This document shows, in pieces, positions 1 to 8,192 of a stretch of 64,000 nucleotides of DNA. The DNA lies in the IMG/VR virus record IMGVR_UViG_3300031228_000004, positions 2,320 through 66,319 of that record; one strand, written 5' to 3'. The position numbers and the translations under genes were made by a program. This DNA comes from a virus. Position 1 is the first letter of the stretch, and the number at the start of each line of letters is the position of its first letter. The notes beneath the pieces were generated by a model that saw only the letters and a program-made list of their open reading frames with translations, was not told where the DNA came from and did no database searches.

Positions 1-131
1 GGCACGGCTTCTCCAATCTCGACGAAACCCTCGACGTGACCTACCTATTCGAGGTCCCCGTCGAAGCCGTCGAGGCCGCCTTCGGCCTCGCACCCCGTCC
101 CACACCGTCCGCACCGAGCCGCCTGGCCTGA
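1..131 (+). CDS. 3' end of hypothetical phage protein (truncated by window)
   Basis: Open frame HGFSNLDETLDVTYLFEVPVEAVEAAFG...LA* with GC-rich codon usage; stop just before the next RBS. Confidence 0.55.
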   Translation, partial: HGFSNLDETLDVTYLFEVPVEAVEAAFGLAPRPTPSAPSRLA

Positions 132-151
132 ACCTCAAAGGAGACCCCGCC

Positions 152-298
152 ATGATCGACGTGACGATCCACGACGACGACAACCCCGGCGGCCGGCCCG
201 CCACCGCCGAGGAGATCGCGGCCGTGCTCGGCGGGATGTACGCCGCCGACGGCACCAACTACCTCGACATCTACAACGCCACCCGCGAGGACGACTGA
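152..298 (+). CDS. small acidic hypothetical protein (48 aa)
   Basis: AAGGAGA RBS upstream of ATG; MIDVTIHDDDNPGGRPATAEEIAAVLGGMY...; below the ORF-track length cutoff. Confidence 0.6.
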   Translation: MIDVTIHDDDNPGGRPATAEEIAAVLGGMYAADGTNYLDIYNATREDD

Positions 299-379
299 CC
301 GACAGGAGACCGGTGACGGTGTCGTACGCCCGCGAGGGCTGATGTCCTGCCACACTGAAGACGCGCGCAGGCACCCCCA

Positions 380-412
380 GAAGACCCCGCCACCCCCCCC
401 GGCGGGGTCTTC
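380..412 (+). terminator. intrinsic terminator hairpin
   Basis: 12-bp perfect stem GAAGACCCCGCC/GGCGGGGTCTTC with a C-rich loop. Confidence 0.7.
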
Positions 413-482
413 GCCTGTTCTCTCCCGTGTTGTCGGCGCCGGCCGCTACGATCCGGGCCACTGTCACGTCCTTGGGGGGACC

Positions 483-836
483 ATGCGCTGCACCACACTT
501 GCCGCACTCGCCGCTGCCTGCCTCGCGTTGGCCGGCTGTTCCAGCGGTGGCAGCGAGCCGGAGAAGACCGTCACCATCACAGCCACTCCGCCGCCCGCGA
601 CGCCGTCTCTGAGTCAGGCCGAGACTGCGCGCTTGTGCAGCGTCGCCGTCTCTGAGGCCGCACCGGGCTGGGAGGACTGGAACTTCGACGCTGGGGAGTG
701 GCCGGACGATCCGCGGACGCCGGAGGTGTGTCTGGGGCTGGCAGACGAGGAGAACCCTCCCCGGGGGAATCGGGAGTTTATGACGGCGTTGATTGATGGG
801 TTGGAGTTGGCGGATGATCCGCGCGCCGGGTCGTAG
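483..836 (+). CDS. putative lipoprotein
   Basis: Signal peptide with lipobox LAGC, then S/T/P-rich linker (MRCTTLAALAAACLALAGCSSGGSEPEKTVTITATP). Confidence 0.75.
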   Translation: MRCTTLAALAAACLALAGCSSGGSEPEKTVTITATPPPATPSLSQAETARLCSVAVSEAAPGWEDWNFDAGEWPDDPRTPEVCLGLADEENPPRGNREFMTALIDGLELADDPRAGS

Positions 837-853
837 CTGAGGCGGGCGTGCAT

Positions 854-882
854 CGGCCCCGCACCGTTTCCGGGCGGGGCCG
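854..882. terminator. hairpin between convergent genes
   Basis: 9-bp stem CGGCCCCGC/GCGGGGCCG. Confidence 0.55.
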
Positions 883-902
883 TCGTCATGCGGTGCGCGA
901 GA

Positions 903-1022
903 TCAGCGGTCGCCGCGTGGCGCGTAGCAGATGCGGCAGATGAAGCGTCCGCGCCATGTCCAGCCGCAGCCGTACCACCAGGCGTAGCCGAGGTGCCGCA
1001 CTGCTTTCTTACGGCGGATCAT
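903..1022 (-). CDS. very small Cys/Trp-rich hypothetical protein
   Basis: ATG overlaps the stop of the upstream gene (1019-1022); MIRRKKAVRHLGYAWWYGCG...CRIC. Confidence 0.4.
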   Translation of the reverse strand: MIRRKKAVRHLGYAWWYGCGWTWRGRFICRICYAPRGDR

Positions 1023-1315
1023 GCGCTCGTCTCCTCGCTGCTCACCGGGCGCTCCGTGGCTGCGTTGACGGTCGGGTACAGGTCCGGGAGGGCGAGGCAC
1101 TCAGCGGCCACCAGCGCCATGACGCGGGAGTCCTTCGGGCAGCCTTCCGACCGGTCGCGCATGAGGCCCTGCACGTAGCCCATGACGGCAGCGTCGTGGA
1201 ACAGGCCGCGTTCCCGGTCGGTGAGGCTGGCGAGGAAGGCGTTCACCCGGTCCGCGCGCTCGGCGTCCCGCGCCGCCAGGTAGGCGACCAGGGACTCGGG
1301 CAGGGTCTCGCTCAT
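1019..1315 (-). CDS. hypothetical protein
   Basis: ATGA overlap with the upstream gene; plausible helical protein. Confidence 0.7.
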   Translation of the reverse strand: MSETLPESLVAYLAARDAERADRVNAFLASLTDRERGLFHDAAVMGYVQGLMRDRSEGCPKDSRVMALVAAECLALPDLYPTVNAATERPVSSEETSA

Positions 1316-1842
1316 GCGGTCGGCTCCTCGTTCGTGCCGTACACCTCGTCGTGCGTCAGCAGCTCCATCTCGAACGCGGCCTTCAGAACCTCGTCGTTCC
1401 CGTTGCGGCCCAACTGCTCCGCAGTCTTCGCGGTCAGGTTCAGCCGTTCACGCTGGTCGGGCTTCGCGCGGCTCATTGCCCGCGCGACCACCTTGCGGAA
1501 CTCCTTCGGCAACAGCTCGGGCAGCGGCTCTGACGGCACTACCGCCGAGACCTGCACGCGAGGCGCGGCGGCGGCAGGCTGCGGCTCGCCCGTGGCGCTC
1601 AGCTCCCTCACTTTCCGGCGCAGCGCTTCCACCTCGGCGTCGTCGTCGGCTTTCTTCCGGAGGCTGCGCAGGTGTTCGCGGCTCCATCCGGTGATGTTGG
1701 CTGCGGCGGTTTGTGCGCCGCGTTCGCTGGTCTGGCGGAGGAAGGCGATGGCCTCGGTCTGAAGGTCCGCGCGAGCTGCTTCGAAGGCGGCTTCGGCGTC
1801 TCGGTAGCGGCGTGCTGCGTGTTCGAGGTTGGCAGTGTCCAT
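1312..1842 (-). CDS. hypothetical protein, probable N-terminal HTH-like DNA-binding domain
   Basis: LEHAARRYRDAEAAFEAARADL...AAANITGWSREHLRSLRK resembles small actinobacterial HTH proteins; divergent from an operator-bearing promoter. Confidence 0.65.
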   Translation of the reverse strand: MDTANLEHAARRYRDAEAAFEAARADLQTEAIAFLRQTSERGAQTAAANITGWSREHLRSLRKKADDDAEVEALRRKVRELSATGEPQPAAAAPRVQVSAVVPSEPLPELLPKEFRKVVARAMSRAKPDQRERLNLTAKTAEQLGRNGNDEVLKAAFEMELLTHDEVYGTNEEPTA

Positions 1843-1877
1843 GGGGTCATGGTTGCACATGGCCTACGCGTACCGCT

Positions 1878-1919
1878 ATGGCCAACCGTATTGACAATGC
1901 CAACCCAGTTGGCCATCAT
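1878..1919 (+). promoter_or_regulatory. sigma-70/HrdB-type promoter with overlapping inverted-repeat operator
   Basis: TTGACA (1891-96), 17 nt, CATCAT (1914-19); ATGGCCAAC (1878) and GTTGGCCAT (1908) are perfect inverted repeats, plus a partial copy ATGCCAAC at 1897. Confidence 0.65.
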
Positions 1920-1955
1920 GGAGTCATAAGGGACGGCGCACCGAGGGGGAACCAG

Positions 1956-2300
1956 ATGAATGCCGCAGCCACCACCCACCAGCACACCAACTGCCTCCGC
2001 TGCGGCAGGGCTCTCCGGTCCGCCAAGTCGCGTTCTCTGGGATACGGCGCCAAGTGTGCGGCCAAGGTCCGCCACTCGGCCGTCGACCTCACCGACTACA
2101 AGCCCCACCAGATCGCCTCCGCCCGCGAGTTGATCGCCGACGCAGCGATCATCCCCCTCCGCTCCGTCATCTTCATCGCCGTCTCCACCGACGGCACCGA
2201 GACCTACAAGACCGCCCCCACCGCCTGCTCCTGCCCCGCCGGCATCAAGGGCTCGCGCTGCTACCACCAGCTCGCCGCCCGCATGCTGCTCGCCGCCTGA
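1956..2300 (+). CDS. DUF6011-like Zn-binding protein with C-terminal SWIM-type zinc finger
   Basis: CLRCGRALRS...GYGAKC and CSCPAG...RCYHQ (CxC...CxH) motifs. Confidence 0.7.
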   Translation: MNAAATTHQHTNCLRCGRALRSAKSRSLGYGAKCAAKVRHSAVDLTDYKPHQIASARELIADAAIIPLRSVIFIAVSTDGTETYKTAPTACSCPAGIKGSRCYHQLAARMLLAA

Positions 2301-2312
2301 GAGGAGCCCCTC

Positions 2313-2555
2313 ATGATCACCCTCACCAAAGACGCCGTCACCCTCTACGACATCGAAGAGAACAAGACCTGGCGGCAGATGAGCGTCCGCGACGGCGAGT
2401 GCGAAGTCCAGCTCTGCTACGGCCTCGGCGACACCGTCCAGGAGTACGAGACCACCGACCGGGATGGAAACCCGCTCCGGGTTGTCCTCCAGATCGATGC
2501 CCCCTCGGAGTACCGCAAGCCCGACCAGGGCGGCGTCTACGTCTTCACCCGCTGA
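2313..2555 (+). CDS. hypothetical protein
   Basis: GAGAGGAG RBS; typical codon usage. Confidence 0.7.
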   Translation: MITLTKDAVTLYDIEENKTWRQMSVRDGECEVQLCYGLGDTVQEYETTDRDGNPLRVVLQIDAPSEYRKPDQGGVYVFTR

Positions 2556-2638
2556 CCCCGTCGACTGCCCCATCACCACCCGCGTCCAGCTCCTCGCCGA
2601 CGCCGCCTGAACCGCCCCACCAAGAGAAGGAGAACCTC

Positions 2639-2803
2639 ATGAACGGCCCCCAGCCGCAACACCGCCCCGACCTCAACGACAAAACAGACAACGAACTCGT
2701 GAACGAAATGCACGACGCCACCGACCGCGGCGACCACCAGACCGCCCTCGACGCCTTCACCATCCTCGACCGGCGTGAACTGAACGGCACCCAGAAGCAC
2801 TGA
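2639..2803 (+). CDS. small hypothetical protein
   Basis: AAGGAGA RBS; MNGPQPQHRPDLNDKTDNELV... Confidence 0.6.
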   Translation: MNGPQPQHRPDLNDKTDNELVNEMHDATDRGDHQTALDAFTILDRRELNGTQKH

Positions 2804-2843
2804 ACCGCGCTGCCTGACCGCCCGACACGACAGGACCAACCAC

Positions 2844-3047
2844 ATGACCTTCCACATCGGACAACGCGTCCGCACCACCGTCGACGCCCCCGCAGCATTC
2901 CCCGGCGCCTACTCCGCACCCACCGGAACCCTCGGCACCATCACCGGCGTGCCCGGCCAGTACAGCGGATACGGCGTAGTCCTGGACGGCGACCCGGACC
3001 AACTGCCCGCCTCCTTCGACGAGGACGAGCTCGCCCCCGCTGACTGA
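2844..3047 (+). CDS. small SH3/KOW-like beta-barrel hypothetical protein
   Basis: FHIGQRVRT...GTITGV...YGVVLD...FDEDELAP pattern. Confidence 0.65.
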   Translation: MTFHIGQRVRTTVDAPAAFPGAYSAPTGTLGTITGVPGQYSGYGVVLDGDPDQLPASFDEDELAPAD

Positions 3048-3060
3048 CCCCGCGCACGCC

Positions 3061-3095
3061 GAAGGCCCGCCCCCGACCACCGGGAGCGGGCCTTC
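3061..3095 (+). terminator. intrinsic terminator hairpin
   Basis: 10-bp stem GAAGGCCCGC/GCGGGCCTTC. Confidence 0.65.
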
Positions 3096-3130
3096 CCCTG
3101 AACCCCACACAACCGCAGGAGACCCACCCC

Positions 3131-3532
3131 ATGAGCAGCGACCGCATCTCCATCGGCAACGCAGAAGACTTCGGCGCCCCCACCCGAGGCTGGTTCGTCG
3201 GCAACTTCCTCGACACATCAGCCGGACCACGCCTCACCGACGACATCGAAGTCAAATGGAGCATCCACCCCGAAGGCGACCACCGGCCCGACATCGCCCC
3301 CGGCGCCGACACCGTCACCCTCACCATCCTCATCAGCGGCGCATTCGAGCAGATCTTCCCCGGCCAGCAACCCGGCCGCACACGGATGGAACGCCCCGGC
3401 GACTTCGCCCTCTACGGGCCCGACGTCCCGCACACCTGGCGGGCCCTCGCCGACAGCGTGATGCTGACCGTACGCTGGCGCCCGACATCACCTGTGACCG
3501 ACGGCGACAGCGTGCAGATCGGAGCGCCATGA
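3131..3532 (+). CDS. cupin-fold protein
   Basis: GWFVG...EVKWSIHPEG...TLTILISG...RPGDFALYGPDVPHTWRA matches the cupin beta-barrel motifs. Confidence 0.65.
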   Translation: MSSDRISIGNAEDFGAPTRGWFVGNFLDTSAGPRLTDDIEVKWSIHPEGDHRPDIAPGADTVTLTILISGAFEQIFPGQQPGRTRMERPGDFALYGPDVPHTWRALADSVMLTVRWRPTSPVTDGDSVQIGAP

Positions 3533-3738
3533 CAGGCGAGGCATTCAAGCTCATCGTCGTCCACGAACTCGGGGCCGACGCCGAGGAAGCACGTCTGCGG
3601 TGGCAGGAGCACGAACACGGATGCTGGCGCCGCAGGTTCTTCCTCGGCCGGTGCGCGGACTGCCGTGACCTGGAGTCGGCGTTTAACGAGGCGGTGCGCA
3701 GACTTCTGAACGGTGGAATGAATGTCATCCTTGAGTGA
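3529..3738 (+). CDS. hypothetical protein (H/C metal-binding motif)
   Basis: ATGA overlap; HEHGC...CADC. Confidence 0.55.
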   Translation: MTGEAFKLIVVHELGADAEEARLRWQEHEHGCWRRRFFLGRCADCRDLESAFNEAVRRLLNGGMNVILE

Positions 3739-3985
3739 CTCAGTCCGTTTGGAGGTGCCCGTGAGCATTGACCCGGTCCACGACCAGGGAACCCACCACT
3801 GGATCCTCACACTGGACGGCGTGGGCTCCCGCAGCGGTACGTGCACGCCCAGGTCTGGTGAGACGCGGTATGACTTGTATCTGCGGATTCGCGCTCTGGT
3901 GTTGGACGAGGAGGGCTTGGCAGACGGGCCGGTTCCGGTGACGTTGTCGTTCGACCTCCAGCCGAACAGTCTCGCGGCCGCCTGA
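3722..3985 (+). CDS. hypothetical protein
   Basis: Overlaps the previous gene and ends just before a terminator; start uncertain. Confidence 0.55.
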   Translation: MSSLSDSVRLEVPVSIDPVHDQGTHHWILTLDGVGSRSGTCTPRSGETRYDLYLRIRALVLDEEGLADGPVPVTLSFDLQPNSLAAA

Positions 3986-3998
3986 CGCTCGGTAGGCA

Positions 3999-4031
3999 GG
4001 GCCGTTCCCGGATGGGGGCGGCCCCTTTTTC
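3999..4031 (+). terminator. Rho-independent terminator
   Basis: GGGCCGTTCCC/GGGGGCGGCCC stem followed by TTTTTT. Confidence 0.75.
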
Positions 4032-4142
4032 GTCTTCACCGATTCGCTCCAGCCCGGTAACAGAACCACCCCACCCCTTCACACACCGCATACATCCGAT
4101 AACGTCCGCCATCTCACGAAACACCACGCCAAGGGGGGAACC

Positions 4143-4694
4143 ATGCGCCACAACCGCACCGCCACGCTCGCCGCGCTCCTGCTGCTACCACTCGCCGCCT
4201 GCACCACCAACGACACCACCGGCTCCAAACCGTCCGCCGCCGACGTCACCGTCACCCCGTCCGCCGAAGAGCCGGCCGACGAGGCGGAGGAGACCGGGGG
4301 CAGCGACGGGCCCTACGCGCTCACCGACACCGTCGCCTACGAGAACGACGTCGAGGTCAGCCTGTCGAAGTTCACGCGCGCCACGTCGTCGGAGTACGCG
4401 TCGCCGGAGAACACGCCCTACGTGAAGTTCACGATCAAGGTCGTCAACGGCTCGTCCTCCACGGTTGACGCGACCGGGCTCGCGGCGAACTGCTCCTACG
4501 GCGAAGACGGCCAGACGTCCGAGTCCATCTTCGACGAGGGCCTCGACGGAGCACCGACGACGAAGCTGCTCGCCGGCCGGTCCATCAACGTGCCGTGGGG
4601 TTGTGAGCTGCCGAAGGGGGAGCAGGTTTTGCAGATCGAGGTGAGCCCAGACTTCGAGTCGGAGGCCGCGATTTTCACGGGCAGCGTGAAGTAG
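4143..4694 (+). CDS. lipoprotein with Ig-like (DUF4352-like) domain
   Basis: Lipobox LAAC, S/T/P/E-rich linker, beta-rich domain (YVKFTIKVVNGSSSTVD). Confidence 0.75.
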   Translation: MRHNRTATLAALLLLPLAACTTNDTTGSKPSAADVTVTPSAEEPADEAEETGGSDGPYALTDTVAYENDVEVSLSKFTRATSSEYASPENTPYVKFTIKVVNGSSSTVDATGLAANCSYGEDGQTSESIFDEGLDGAPTTKLLAGRSINVPWGCELPKGEQVLQIEVSPDFESEAAIFTGSVK

Positions 4695-4715
4695 GACGCC
4701 CCGCACGTTCCTTCC

Positions 4716-4748
4716 CCGGAAGATCACCCGCCCGCATCGGGTCACAAT
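4716..4748 (+). promoter_or_regulatory. candidate late promoter (leaderless terS)
   Basis: CCGGAAGATC-N17-CACAAT-N6-ATG(4755); variant of a motif repeated upstream of late genes. Confidence 0.6.
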
Positions 4749-4754
4749 CACGTC

Positions 4755-5294
4755 ATGACCGCCTACCCGGCGCGCTGTCCCGGCCGCAACCTCAACGGCC
4801 GCATGTGCGCCAACCCCGCCGGAAGCAACACCCGCCATGAGGGACTGGGTACCTGTAGCTGGCACAAAGGCGGACAGCGACAAGCCGAGGAGGCGTGGGC
4901 CATGGCACAAGAACTCGCCGGCGAACGGAACGTCACTCCGCATGAGGCGCTGCTTGGTCTCGTACGCACGGCCGCCGCGCGCGCGGCATGGACCGACAAC
5001 ATCATCTTTCAGCAGCTTCGCGACCACGTCGACGCCGGCGGGGACCCACTCAAGCCGCCTCCCGAACTGGCGTCATGGCTGAAGCAGTCCCGCGAGGAAC
5101 GCAAACTCGCCGCGACCACCGCCAAGCAAGCTGTCGACGCCGGCGTGATGGCTGCGCTGGAACGGCGTATTGACCTCGATGGCGACCTCGTCGCACACGT
5201 CCTCGGCGGTGTCCTCGACCGACTAGACCTGTCCCACGAACAGCGGATGGACGCACTCGGCACTGCGCAGCAACTGCTGTTGGAAGCGGGTTGA
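4755..5294 (+). CDS. terS: terminase small subunit
   Basis: N-terminal C..C...CSWHKGG zinc motif (HGGxSTG-like) plus helical C-terminus ending LDLSHEQR; upstream of terL. Confidence 0.7.
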   Translation: MTAYPARCPGRNLNGRMCANPAGSNTRHEGLGTCSWHKGGQRQAEEAWAMAQELAGERNVTPHEALLGLVRTAAARAAWTDNIIFQQLRDHVDAGGDPLKPPPELASWLKQSREERKLAATTAKQAVDAGVMAALERRIDLDGDLVAHVLGGVLDRLDLSHEQRMDALGTAQQLLLEAG

Positions 5295-5346
5295 CGGTCC
5301 CTCATGGGAAACTGGAAGCCAATGTTCCGGTCAAAGGAGACCCCCC

Positions 5347-5658
5347 GTGATAAAGGTCTGCACCCAGCTCCCCGACGGCCCCGAGGTCTGCACGACGATC
5401 GACCTCGCCAACGACGCCGCATCCCGCGCCTACACCACCACCCTCGGCAACGGGACTGACAGCACGTTCACCCTCACCCACAACCTCGACAGCCTCGACG
5501 TCCTCCCCATCGTCCGGGGCGTCGCGTCCGGCGACCTGACGGGCACCAGCCCGACCGTGACGGCGGTCGACAAGAACACGGCGCGCGTGAACTTCGCCAG
5601 CGCGCCGACGCGGGGTCAGTTCCAGGTGACGCTCCTCGCCGTCACCCCGTCCGTCTGA
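5347..5658 (+). CDS. small beta-rich, probably virion-associated protein (THNL motif)
   Basis: AAAGGAGA RBS with GTG; LGNG..STFTLTHNL..DV...DKNTARVNFASAP...FQVTL resembles fibre/decoration domains of actinophage structural proteins. Confidence 0.6.
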   Translation: MIKVCTQLPDGPEVCTTIDLANDAASRAYTTTLGNGTDSTFTLTHNLDSLDVLPIVRGVASGDLTGTSPTVTAVDKNTARVNFASAPTRGQFQVTLLAVTPSV

Positions 5659-5788
5659 CAGGCGCCCAGCGCACGCGAGGAGCCCTGCATCCCAACAGGT
5701 TCCTAGGCCACTGAGTTGGGAGGGCTCCTCGCGCGGTGTCCAGCACGCGGACTCCGTAGAACGGAGCGTAGCGCGACCGCCGAAGCGT

Positions 5789-5821
5789 CCGGAATGACCA
5801 TCGCGGATCCGCTGGCACCAT
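5789..5821 (+). promoter_or_regulatory. candidate late promoter (leaderless rmlB-like gene)
   Basis: CCGGAATGACC-N16-CACCAT-N7-ATG(5829); no RBS. Confidence 0.6.
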
Positions 5822-5828
5822 CCCGCGC

Positions 5829-6851
5829 ATGCGCATTCTTCTGAGCGGGGCGTCCGGGTTCGTCGGCTCCCACGTCCTCCACCACCTCCTCGCGCACACG
5901 GACGCAGAGATCATCTGCCCGTGGACGCTGCGCCACCACGGCAACACCCAACGCCTCGCCGCCGCCATCGACGGCTGCCCGCCCGGCACCGCCGACCGCG
6001 TCATCACCGTCATGCACGACCTCGCATGCCCCATGCCCGCGACGCTCGTCGACGAGATCGGCCCGGTCGACGCAATCCTGAACATCGCCTCCGAGTCCGG
6101 CGTCGAACACTCCATCGCCCGACCCGCCGAGTTCGTCCGCAACAACGTCGAGCTGATGACCAACCTCCTCGAATACGCGCGGCTCGTACAACCGCGGGTC
6201 TTCCTGCACATGGACACCGACGAGGTCTACGGCCCAGCCCCCGCCGGATACGCGCACCGCGAGTGGGACCCGATCATCCCGTCGAACCCGTACGCCGCAT
6301 CGAAGGCCGCCCAGTCCGCGCTCGCAACAGCGTGGTGGAGGACATACGGGCTCCCAGTGATCCTCACCCGCACCATGAACCTGATCGGCCCCGGCCAGGG
6401 TCCGGAAAAGCTGGTACCCACCGTGATCCGCAAGGTGATGGCCGGGGAAACCGTCCCGATCTACGCCTCACCAGACGGCGTCCCCGGCTCCCGGCACTGG
6501 ATCGACACCCGCGAGTTCGCCGGCGCGTGGCTGCACCTCCTCAACGGGCCGGCCCCGCAGATGTACCCGGAGTACGACCGGCCGTCGTTGTGGCACATCG
6601 TCGGCGAGGAACGCTCCAACCTCGACGTTGCGCACACCATCGCCGACATCATCGGCAAGCCCCTCAAGTACGAACTCGTCAGCTTTCACGCTTCTCGGCC
6701 TGGGCACGACCTGCGGTACGCCCTCGACGGATCGAAGCTCGCGGCCGCCGGATGGAAGCCGTCCCGCTCCATCGAGGACACCCTCACCGACATCGTCACC
6801 TGGTACAAGGACAACCCGGCCTGGTTGCAGATGCCCGAGGTGCAGGCGTGA
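5829..6851 (+). CDS. rmlB: dTDP-glucose 4,6-dehydratase-like extended SDR
   Basis: GASGFVG Rossmann motif, TDEVYG, YAASK, RPGHDLRYALD. Confidence 0.88.
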   Translation: MRILLSGASGFVGSHVLHHLLAHTDAEIICPWTLRHHGNTQRLAAAIDGCPPGTADRVITVMHDLACPMPATLVDEIGPVDAILNIASESGVEHSIARPAEFVRNNVELMTNLLEYARLVQPRVFLHMDTDEVYGPAPAGYAHREWDPIIPSNPYAASKAAQSALATAWWRTYGLPVILTRTMNLIGPGQGPEKLVPTVIRKVMAGETVPIYASPDGVPGSRHWIDTREFAGAWLHLLNGPAPQMYPEYDRPSLWHIVGEERSNLDVAHTIADIIGKPLKYELVSFHASRPGHDLRYALDGSKLAAAGWKPSRSIEDTLTDIVTWYKDNPAWLQMPEVQA

Positions 6852-7513
6852 AGGGCGTCGTCCTCGCCGGAGGCCGCGGTACACGGCTCGGTGACAGCAC
6901 CCGCGTGGTCAACAAACACCTGCTCCCGGTGTACGACGCGCCGATGATCTACCGGCCCATCCGTACGCTCCGGCAGATGGGATGCACGGACATCCTCATC
7001 GTCACCAGCCCCGAAGCGGTCGGCGACATGGCCCAACTCCTCGGCTCCGCCTTCACGTACCGAGTGCAGGAGAAACCCGACGGGGTAGCCGGCGCCCTGG
7101 CGCTCTCCGAGGGGTACGTGCCCAAGTACCAGACGTTCCCGGTCATCCTCGGCGACCAGTACTACGCCGAGCCGCAGCCGATGCCGAACACGCCCACCGT
7201 GTACGTCACCCCAGTCGATCAGCCGCAGGACTTCGGGGTCTACGACGAGGTAGGCAAGCGCATCGTCGAGAAGCCCACCGAGAACGTCGGGAACACGGGG
7301 GTCACCGGCCTGTACGCCTTCGATGACCGGGTCTTCGACATCATCCGTGATCTCGCTCCGTCCGATCGTGGGGAGTTGGAGATCAGCGACGTGGCGAACT
7401 GGTATCTCGGACACGGCGAACTCACTGTCGTCCCGGTGAGCGGCGCCTGGTGCGATATGGGGACGCCGGACTCGCTGCTGCGCGCGGCCCTCGATGTGAA
7501 AGCCGCGGCGTGA
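6848..7513 (+). CDS. rmlA: glucose-1-phosphate thymidylyltransferase-like nucleotidyltransferase (short, 221 aa)
   Basis: GVVLAGGRGTRL, KHLLPVYDAPMIY, QEKPDGVAGAL, IVEKP, RGELEISD, WCDMGTPDSL; GTG overlaps the rmlB stop. Confidence 0.88.
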   Translation: MKGVVLAGGRGTRLGDSTRVVNKHLLPVYDAPMIYRPIRTLRQMGCTDILIVTSPEAVGDMAQLLGSAFTYRVQEKPDGVAGALALSEGYVPKYQTFPVILGDQYYAEPQPMPNTPTVYVTPVDQPQDFGVYDEVGKRIVEKPTENVGNTGVTGLYAFDDRVFDIIRDLAPSDRGELEISDVANWYLGHGELTVVPVSGAWCDMGTPDSLLRAALDVKAAA

Positions 7514-8181
7514 GCGCCCCGTTCCGAGTGGTCGTGATCCCGACCAGGGACCGGCATGACCTGCTCACCGAGTGCGTCGGCTCCGTGGTGGACCAGGTCG
7601 ATACCGTGTTCGTGATCGACAACCAGTCCGTACCGCCGATCGACGTCGACCAGTGGTACGGCAAGGTTCGTGCCGTGCGGGCCCCGCTGGACCCGCCGAA
7701 CATCAGCACGCTGTGGAACATCGGCCTCGCTCTGGCTGACGCAGCACGGGGCGCCGCCGACCGGTGGGACATCGCCGTACTCAACTCCGATGTGACCGTG
7801 CCGCCCAGCTGGATCGACGGCCTGTCCACGGCGATGCGAGCCGGGCCGGCGGTGCTTGCCTACCCCGACCAGCACGGCGGCCGGCGCCAGATCCTCCACA
7901 CCAAGGCCGAACCGGTGGACCTGCGGACCCGGATCACCGGCTACGCGTACCTGCTGCGGGGCGAGGCAGGGCTGCGCCTCGATGAAGACCTGGCGTGGTG
8001 GTACGGCGACGACGACCTCGACTGGCGCGCCCGTGAGCAGGGCGGCGCGCTCCTGGTACCGGGCATGGCGGTTGAACACCGCTGCCCGAACGTGTCCACG
8101 AACGAGCGCCCCGAACTCCGGCAGCAGGCCGGACGCGACCGCGAAACGTTCCGGGCCAAATGGGGCCGCACCCCACACTGA
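7510..8181 (+). CDS. glycosyltransferase family 2 (GT-A)
   Basis: VVIPTRDR...FVIDN, AVLNSDV (DxD-like), WWYGDDDL...RA. Confidence 0.85.
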   Translation: MSAPFRVVVIPTRDRHDLLTECVGSVVDQVDTVFVIDNQSVPPIDVDQWYGKVRAVRAPLDPPNISTLWNIGLALADAARGAADRWDIAVLNSDVTVPPSWIDGLSTAMRAGPAVLAYPDQHGGRRQILHTKAEPVDLRTRITGYAYLLRGEAGLRLDEDLAWWYGDDDLDWRAREQGGALLVPGMAVEHRCPNVSTNERPELRQQAGRDRETFRAKWGRTPH

Positions 8182-8192
8182 ATGGAGCCACG

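Noticed and set aside
315-344. 10-codon ORF VTVSYAREG after an AGGAGA RBS
   Set aside because: Too short to support without expression data.
5921-6847. 530-aa N-terminally extended RmlA from the ORF track
   Set aside because: The extension overlaps rmlB out of frame and is R/P-rich; the true start is GTG 6848. The same applies to the extended starts given for terL (11052), integrase (41596) and recT (46229).
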